DNA of 64,000 nt, from NCBI GenBank assembly GCA_964016885.1, contig OZ024741.1:268088001-268152000 (forward strand), in the 5' to 3' direction. This DNA is from Eledone cirrhosa. Taxonomy: Eukaryota. The notes beneath the pieces were generated by a model, which was given only the letters and a program-made list of their open reading frames with translations, did not search any database and was not told where the DNA came from. This document shows, piece after piece, positions 54,970 through 64,000 of the stretch. A program made the translations under genes and the position numbers. Numbering within the stretch: the first letter of the stretch is position 1; each line of letters starts with the position of its first letter.

Positions 54970-55425
54970 TATATATACACATGCACACATATGCGCACAC
55001 ACATGCATGCATTCATATGGAACCAAAGTATGACTGAACATGGATTTGTGGAGAAAGAATACAGCTCATTAATTCATAGGCTACAAATGACCACAATATC
55101 TAGAACCCCTGAAATTCTGTATAATACTTTTACAATTGCACAAGGAGCAATGAAAATGTCCTTTCTTTACAACCTTGCTACACACACACACATTCTCACA
55201 TGCACATGCACACTCACTCACTCTCTCTCTCTCTCTCACACACACTCACTAACACTCACATTTATATGTTGGCAGCTATCACTATTACTGTGTTCTTGTT
55301 GGCCACTTTTCCACAGTCAAAACTGCTAGAAAAATTATTTTCAGGAACAAAATTTACAACTGCAGCTATGAGACTTGACTGGGTCATGCATCTTACCTGT
55401 CACTCAAAAATAAATGTTCTTTTAA

Positions 55426-55696
55426 CCTCTTCAGTGCCGTAGACGAGATAACTCGTCCTAGCATGTATACATTCTAGTGCCACGGCGAGATAACTCATCC
55501 TAACATGTTTGAACTTGTTTCCAACAGTTCATAACTTTGAAGCTAGATGGGGTTACTAGTTTATTGATGTGACGTTTGTCAATCATTCAGATATATGTTG
55601 TTAATGAATGTTTGTTTTAAAAAATAGTCATTTTACTGAGAAAAAAAAACGGCACAGCAACTGTAGCTGTGTAAAATAAACACAACAGTCAACAGG
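55426..55696. mobile_element. Third piggyBac-like non-autonomous element
   Basis: TTAA|CCTCTTCAGTGCCGT ... ACAACAGTCAACAGG|TTAA, with an internal repeated palindrome gacgagataactcgtc. Confidence 0.6.
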
Positions 55697-56053
55697 TTAA
55701 TGAACAAGCAAAATAACATATCTGCATATATATATCATGTATACACACACAGTTGGAGTATATGTTATGTGTTTTGAGTTTACATACAAGTATTCAATAC
55801 ACACTTGTGGTGGTAAAGGTTTTGGCCCATTATATGGGGATTCATAGGTAACCATGTGAGGGAAACCTATGGTTCCATCCGTGTTGGGGATATCAAATGT
55901 TCCTCAGTGGATAGGATGTATGTATGTATATATATATATATATATATATACATACACCTCTCCCACTATATTTTTTTATATAGTTAGACAAATACATACA
56001 TGCAATTCGACCCATGCTAGCAGGGAAAACAAATGTTAAACAAAAATGATTAT

Positions 56054-56125
<72 letters not shown>

Positions 56126-56646
56126 GAATAAATATGGTTTTATAAATATAGTTTCCATTGATTAATATCATTGATATTATACTCCAGAAAACCTGTCGAG
56201 TGCTTTGAATCAGTTATAAACATATATATTTGTTGAATTACCAACAAATTAAATATCTCTTTGCTTATATATATATATACACCAGGTGGACTATAACTCA
56301 CCAGGGTACTCAATACTTGGGGTAGTAGAGTGGGTAATTTTAAAAGATTCAGGGCCCATAGGGGTCCTGAATCTTTTCATATATGTATATATATAACCAT
56401 GCTTGCATAACTTTCATACACATTCCATTTCTTAATCAGAGTTCTAATAAATTATAATCATTCCTCTTTTGATTGAACTGAATATTGTTTCATGCCCACC
56501 TAACAATGGACACCTTTTTATGTCTAGTAGTTTTTCACTTGGCTTTTCTTTGTGTTGTTTAAGGTGATAATGATAATATTTATTCTATCATTAATTTATT
56601 TATTTTATTGTAGCCATACTTATCTATCTATCTATCTCTCTCTCTC

Positions 56647-56677
<31 letters not shown>

Positions 56678-56685
56678 TAATCACA

Positions 56686-56721
<36 letters not shown>

Positions 56722-56899
56722 CATGAAAACAGGGAGAAAGAGATGATTATTAGGAAGAAAAATATTTTTTTTCCTTTTTTGTTTCTCTCTCTCTTTTTTC
56801 TGGGTTAGAAAATGATTAAAACGAAATGTTTTACTTTGTGTGAAGTGTTAAGGTATTAGTTGATTGATTTATTATTTAACAATGGCATTTATTTATCTA

Positions 56900-57690
56900 T
56901 TTATATATTTAATTATTGTCTATTACTGGTTTCAGCATTTTTATACATTATCAAATGATAGTGAAATGTATTAGTGTGGTGTCGCACATGTTAAACAGAA
57001 GGTCCAGAAAGAATAATGTTATTTACAAACAAGGTTTAAGAAGTAAAAAAGAAAAAGAAAAACGTGCATAATGTGGAATGTAAAAAGTTAATGTTATTTA
57101 CAAGCAAAGTCATTGAAGTTAAGCAGATCAAAATGTTTTAATATAGCAAGAGTGCTTAGTTGATCCGTGATGGAGGCAAATGGTGGACTGAGGTTTGATA
57201 CGATTTCCCTTTTTAGAGAGTTAATATGCAGGGGGAAGCAATTCTTGCTGGATGATATTTAATTTATTTAAGAAAAAGGATTAGGTAGGGTGTGAGGGAG
57301 GTAACTCTTGTAAATGTTGATTGTTTGTTGCAGTTTTAGATTGGTCCGATTTTTAGAGCATTAAGTAGGGGTTGAAATTTATTAATGAAATATGTTTCCT
57401 TATTGGTACGTTGGATGAAAGTAGAGTTGTCTATGAATTTGTAAATGGGGAAAATTTTAAAGTTTGGATGTTGGTTGAGAGCACAATTGGCGATATGTTC
57501 ACTAAATGCAATCTTTCTGTATTCCTGCATTTTAATTTGTGATTTATGGACGGTCATACGTTGACGGAGGCTGTTTTTTGTCTGTCCTATGTAGTGCCCT
57601 TGACAACCTGAGCAGGTCAAAACATAGATAAGGTTTTCAGATGCACATGTAAAGTTGTGTTTAACTGAAATGCTGTCCTTGTTTAAAATG
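56900..57690 (-). mobile_element. Penelope-like element fragment: GIY-YIG endonuclease plus 3' region with a decayed hammerhead
   Basis: FTCASENLIYVLTCSGCQGHYIGQTKNSLRQRMTVHKSQI...ETYFINKFQPLLN. A decayed hammerhead-like core lies at 56921-56958. Confidence 0.85.
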
Positions 57691-59974
57691 GAATGTTGAA
57701 CATATATATTGTTGAATATATATATATATGTGTGTGTGTATGTATGAACTAAATATTAAGACAGAAGTTACATATTCATATATATATATATAAGGTAAAC
57801 TTTACCTTTAATTCCTCCCAGGGTTGAGAAAATAAAATACCAGGGAAGTACTGAACTCAATTTAATCAACTTTCTCCTCCTACAATTTCCCTTATCAATA
57901 AATAGCTGAATAATCATCAGCAGATTAAACAAAAAGTATATATATTTTATATAAATTATGGGTAGAACAACTTAGTTTATGAAAATACTGATATTCTTCA
58001 GCTTGAAAAACTGAATGTGCCATCACATATACATTCCCTAAATCTCTTCATTTTGTTATGAGTTTTGTTTTTCATTTGTTTGTTTGTTGTTTTTTTTAGT
58101 TTATTTATTTTCTTTTGTTTATTATATTTATTGAAATAATCACCCAGCCTCTTTCTACCTGCTGTCACAGGATTATTGACTCCATAAATCTTTAACTCTC
58201 TAAATTTAAAACCACTGTTAGTTGGTTCCTTAAAATTCCAATATGAAATTTCTAGATTTTAATTCAATATCTTTTCTTTTTAATAGAATGTTATTTTAAT
58301 CATGAAAACAACACCAAATCCTTAATCATTTAATCCTATAAGGTAATCATATTTTTTAAAAAGATGAAAAATATATTCTCAGTTAGTTGCTAATATAAAG
58401 TCTGCATTCTTATTTAACAGTGTCATCTTCATCAGCAGTTATAAAATATTTGCCATAGGGTTAGATGACTTGTGACTAAGCTGAGCTGAGCTGAACTAAA
58501 TGTTTAAAATGTATGGACAATGCAAGAAATGAAATTTATTTAAATAAAATAAGCTGTCTGAGAGGATTTTGGGAGAATTGCTAATCTTGGAATGTTTTAG
58601 GCAGTGTTAGTTAACACTATAAGTTGTCAAATTGGTAGAATGCTTTGTGGTATTTGTACTGGCTCTCTGCACGTTCAACCTTGCTTTTCATCCTACCAAG
58701 GTCAATATATGAATTATGAGTCCAGTACTGGGGTCACTACTTTCTCTATATCTCTTTCTTACTTCCTCTCTCTCGCAGTCTGTCATTCCTCTGGAAAAAG
58801 TTGGCTAAGTTCAGACCTGTGGAGGGGGTAGGCTTTGCTAATTTTAAAATGCCCAAGATACCTATATGTCATGACAGTACCCCTGCAACTCCATCAGGAG
58901 ATACAGATCCATACAGTAATATGCATAGTTAACAATATCATCATCAACAGATGCTGTATATGGTTAATAGATGTAGACCTATAGGAGACTTGTTGTGTGA
59001 AGGCCTCAGGGAACTTGCTGCTTGAATTATTGATAAATTACAGGTACTCTGTTTCTATTTGACAAAGTACTGAAATAAAATGTTCTAAAAATATGGTAGA
59101 AATAGTAGAGTGACAGACTAAATGTCTTGTGGTATTTCATTGATGAGGCGGCGAATTGGCAGTTGTTAGAATGTCGGATAGAATGCTTTGTAGTATTCGT
59201 TTCTGCTCTCTGAGATCAAATCCTGCCACAGTCAACTTTGCCTTTATCCATTTGAAGTCGATAAAAAAAAAACTACTAGTCTGTTACTAGGATTGATTCT
59301 TCCTCTATATTGCTTTCTCATTTCCATTCTCTCACTTTCTATCCTTCTCTGGAAGAAATCTGCTGTATTCAGACCTGGAGAGGAGAAGGGCTTCTCCAGG
59401 TTTTGAAAAACGCCCTAGAAATGCCATATGTCAATACGTTACCCCTACAACTCCTTGAGTTACATGACCATGCATGCATATAATTGACTATACCTCCCCT
59501 CAAAAATCTCTGGCCTTGAATCTGTTTGCAAACAATATAATTAAAAAAGAGATGTATTACATTTTAATATAGAATAACAATTTGTGAAAAACAAAAATTG
59601 TATTTTTAAATAAATTATTATATCTAGATAAATATATTATCATGAGAAACAACTAAATGATGGTGAATTTTAAAAAGAATATATATATATTAAATTTTAG
59701 TGTAATAAATAATAATTTGTAAAATTAAAATAGTGTCTAAAAAAACATTTTTATAGTATATCATCATAACGAGATACAGCTAAATGATGGAAATTTGAGG
59801 TTGAAAAGCCTTGAAGTAAATATATTTAATATTTCCATTGAAGATATTTTCTTATTCGTATGACAGCTTTTATTTTTTGTTGTTGTTTTGTTGTTTGTTG
59901 TTGAAAAAAAATCTATTCCCTAACAAAAATTGTGCATTAACTTAAACTGAAATAGATTTTATAATACTTTGAAA

Positions 59975-60006
<32 letters not shown>

Positions 60007-60199
60007 CATTTTTAAGATTATAAGGAACTGAAAAGAGAAAAAATATATATTTTTTTAAATACAAAGAAAATTACAAATCTTATGGAATTTTGAATTACAG
60101 GATATTAATGGAAAAAATATTGAGTGTGAATCAAGGATACTTGTATCATGACAAGACCCACCATGTAATGGTAGTAATCAAGTAATCAATCAAGCTACC

Positions 60200-60510
60200 G
60201 TAACTGGTGCAACCAGTCATTAGGGTGTCATTCTAGTTGTTTGACTGTGTCAATCATGTCATTTCAGTAGGTCTCAGAAATATTTGACGGTGTCCATCTC
60301 TCTGTAACTGGTACAACCAGTCATTAGGGTGTCATTCTAGTTGTTTGACTGTGTCAATCATGTCATTTCAGTAGGTCTCAGAAATATTTGACGGTGTCCA
60401 TCTCTCTGTAACTGGTACAACCAGTCATTAGGGTGTCATTCTAGTTGTTTGACTGTGTCAATCATGGCATTTCAGCAGGTCTCAGAAATATTTGACAGAG
60501 TCCATCTCTT
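60200..60510. repeat. Tandem repeat, 104-bp unit x3
   Basis: Units start gtaactggt at 60200, 60304 and 60408 and are nearly identical. Confidence 0.95.
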
Positions 60511-61689
60511 CTCTAATAGTAGTAATAATAAGATAGTGTAATGTCATTATTGTGAGGAAGTATGATTGTAATTTAAACAGCAAAATTAATAATGATATTA
60601 TTAATTTATTAATTAATCTCAAATTGATCTCATTATGGTATAGTTTATATGAAACAGTTTGCGATATGTATTAGGAGAGCCAGTATAGTGTAAATAAAAA
60701 TATAAAGATGAAAATAGAGAATGATAAAAATGACAGAACAAAACAATATTTTTACTCTATATTTCATGATATTTCAAATGATGAACAAATAAAAAAGGTA
60801 CATCGTGCTCCCACAATCTTTTCCTATGTTAAGAATGTGGATGCAATCAGAACATATCATATACGGGCATGTGCAAACCTGGTAACAGGCCCAGACAAGA
60901 TGTAAAATGTTGGTCTCATTTCAAACTGTTTAACACCAATACTTATTTTTTCCAATCTGGTACTTTTTTTGACAAAAAAATTAAAACACAGAAAACAAAT
61001 ATAAACACAGGCATACACACACATACAATGGGTTTCTGCAGTTCCCATCTATCAAATTCTGCACACAAGGCATTGGTCAACCTGAGGCTATAGTAGCAGA
61101 TACTTGCCCAAGATGCCACACAGTGTGACTGAACCTAGAAAGAAGCTGCCACATTTTTGTTTTTGTCCAAAATAATTTAGGAAGCAAAACAATTTATTTG
61201 AAACTTCACATCATTGCCGTCCTATAGATAAAATACACACACACAAATGCATGTAATAATAATAATAATTCTTGTATTAATTATCCACACACACACACAC
61301 ATATATATACACATGTAATGATTATATATATAATTGTTTCTACTTTTGGCACAAGGCCAGCAATTACCCAGTTCATTACTGGTACTTTATTTTACGGTAA
61401 GGATGAAAGGCAAAGTTAACCTCGATAGGATTTGAACTCAGACCGTAAAGGGACGTAACTATGCTGGAAAGCATGGTGTCCGACCCTCTACCGATACTGC
61501 CAATTCACATAATGCATTAATTTTACATGCACACACAAATGGTTAAGATTTGTTTATGATAAAATTAAATGATGCATTTAAATCTCTGAAATATGACAGA
61601 ACCGTCTGTGGAAATCAAGCCATATATCTGTTGTAGACCAGACATGCAGACATGTATACATTATTTATATCATATATATATTTGGGGAG

Positions 61690-62490
61690 GGTCATATTGT
61701 TATAATATTGCCAGAAATAATAATAAAACACACTCACTGTTTGGTTTGGATTGGTTTTCACTTCTGTATCTTTTATATCTCCATAGTTAATTTATCTGGC
61801 AATCACTGTTTATCATTGATTGACCAACAGTTAAAAAAAATATATATATATATATATATATAGTCTATCAAAGTTCTTTCGTCACATATCTGTGACATCA
61901 TCAGTGGTACTATTATGTTTCCTCCTGTTGTATTGTAATGTCTACGCCATTTTTATTTTATTTATCTATTTATTTATTCTTGTCTTTGTTTGCGTGTGTG
62001 TTTTCTGTTTGGTGAGTGTTTTTCGTGTTTGAGTCCATGTGTGTTTGTATTCTATCTTTGTTCACTAGTGTGTGTTTGTTATTATTGTACTTGTGTATGT
62101 ATTTATTTATTTATATTTCCCTTAGGTCAGTATTGTGTGTTTGGGTATGGTTGTTGTTGTTATTCCATTCATTTTTTTCTGTTCAACTTTGGTTTTCTTA
62201 GTTCTATCTCAGTTGCTTCTCTGATTTGTCTACCTATTGAGTCATTTCTATGTTTAGATATTATTTTAATTTCAGTGTTCTCTATATTACCATCATGTCT
62301 TTGTCTGGCGTGTTCATATAGTACTGAACCATCTTTTTGTCCTTTTAGTTCTATTCTTACTTCTATGCTTTGTGCTGTCTCACCTATGTATGTCATTGTC
62401 ATGTTTCTGCAAGTACCCTATAGATTACATTTCTAGTTTTACAATCTATTTGAGGGTTCTACATATAACACATTTCTTATTTGTACAATG
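61690..62490 (-). mobile_element. Penelope-like element fragment: GIY-YIG C-terminus plus pseudo-LTR
   Basis: YIGETAQSIEVRI...LYEH..H...RQIREATEIELRKPKLN. The downstream segment is repeated at ~42410-42610 and contains a hammerhead core. Confidence 0.8.
61861..61912 (-). ncRNA. Minimal type-I hammerhead ribozyme motif in a Penelope pLTR
   Basis: Minus strand reads UAGUACCA-CUGAUGA-U-GUCAC-AGAUAU-GUGAC-GAAA-GAACUU-UGAUAGACUA: intact CUGAUGA and GAAA boxes, a 5-bp stem II and an imperfect stem I. Confidence 0.65.
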
Positions 62491-62622
62491 GGTTTTCTTA
62501 TGTATGTATATATGTAAGTATGTATGTATGTATATATATGTAAGTATGTATGTATATATGTATGTGTGTGTGTATGTATATATATATATATATACTACGG
62601 ATATTACCTTCCAGTGTTCCAC

Positions 62623-62674
<52 letters not shown>

Positions 62675-64000
62675 CATCATTTTTTTATGTGCTTTTTCAT
62701 GGGTTGGATGGATTGTTAAAGACCAAGTCTGTACATAATTGGAGCTTCTGTTCCTCTAGATGGATTGCTAGACAACATCTCATGTTTTATAGAGCTTAAT
62801 ACTCTACCTAACACTAACCACTTTACAAAATGTATTGATGCATTTATTATGGCATCAGAACTAGAGAGTTTGTTATGTCCTTAACTCTGTAATCTTTCTT
62901 GGCATGTTTCCTACAACTGGATACCCTTCATAACACCATGCTGTTACTGATCCAATGCCAATGAATACAATAGATGGTAAGATGATAGGTAGGGAGGAAG
63001 TAAGGGGGGATATGGTGGGGTGGTATGTAGGAGGATGTCAAGTTTAGTGGGTGAGAAGGAAGGTAAGGGTGTAGCAGAGAGGGTGGTAGATGGAGGTGAG
63101 GGTGATAATTAAATAGAAGCATATTTGGTGCCTTGCTTGTACTGGTGGGAGTGGGTCTTCTCCAGCACTGCCTCTCAACAATAATTACAATCCTTTGTCA
63201 TCTGCATTGTGAGGTTTAGCTTCTTGAGGTCAGTTTTGTGTCTTCCTCATTCTATCCTTTCCCAAGGTTCCATCCACTTTGAATGCCCTGCCGTGCACTT
63301 CTTTATATGGCTGTCATCTTCTATACACACCACATGCACAATATTACATCTCATTTTTCTTATAAACATATTTTTGCTCTCAACTCGTTCATGCTTCATC
63401 ATTCATGCACACTAGCATTATATATCCATTCTATCCTTCACAAATCTTTTGTATTTAAGGCCCAAGTCTCACTGCCATACAGCATTATTGTTTGCACATA
63501 AATATCATACACTCTAGAGTTCACTGAGAGAGAAACCCTTTATTGTCAGCAAAGGTAATAACTCACTGAAATGATTCCAAATTGTTCTTACTCTAGCTAC
63601 TATGCTTTCAAAGGATCCACCTCCAATGCTGATTCAGTCATCTAGGTAACAAAAGCTATCAACATCTTCTAGGGAACCACACAAACATTTGAAACAATCT
63701 TTTCTACATGTACACTTAGTGTTTATCACACCTGTACATCAACTGCGTACAAAGTTAGCCTGCCTGTAATTCCACTACATCTCTTATGATTATATATGAA
63801 ATCATATCCGCTCTCTTGCTCTGGAACCCTGACTCCAGCCTGACTAGGAGTAGGAAGCTGTCATTCCCTGATGTTATCTCTAGGGATACAGGAATCAGTA
63901 GACGGGACATGGGGGCAGCGATGGGGGACAGGGAATTCTGGGGCATGAGTGAGATCCATCATCTCAACAGTAGTCGACGAATGATGATGATGATGATTAT

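Overview
This is AT-rich, repeat-dense animal genomic DNA. The SINE/LINE repertoire and long TA/CA/TG microsatellites look like a coleoid cephalopod, probably Octopus (inferred, not database-confirmed). One host gene is supported, on the + strand: an E93/Eip93F/Mblk-1/LCoR-family double-Pipsqueak-HTH transcription factor. The ORF track shows only its terminal exon. I reconstructed four more phase-compatible exons (15487-15555, 35406-35482, 41574-41616, 45424-45631) that join the terminal exon (48244-50467). They encode the GLE...DW.P...C.YC N-terminal motif and a CtBP-binding PLDLS. The first coding exon was not found and probably lies upstream of the window. Introns and flanks contain two tRNA-derived SINE families, RTE, CR1/L2, L1/Tx1 and CRE-like LINE fragments, Penelope GIY-YIG fragments with hammerhead-ribozyme motifs, TTAA-targeting piggyBac-like MITEs, a probable Helitron remnant, minisatellites and microsatellites. 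The most interesting observations are a three-copy 'conserved motif + variable fold-back hairpin' element, a Penelope-linked hammerhead, two apparent SINE-LINE tail partnerships, and inverted SINE pairs that would make long dsRNA (candidate ADAR substrates) in the pre-mRNA.
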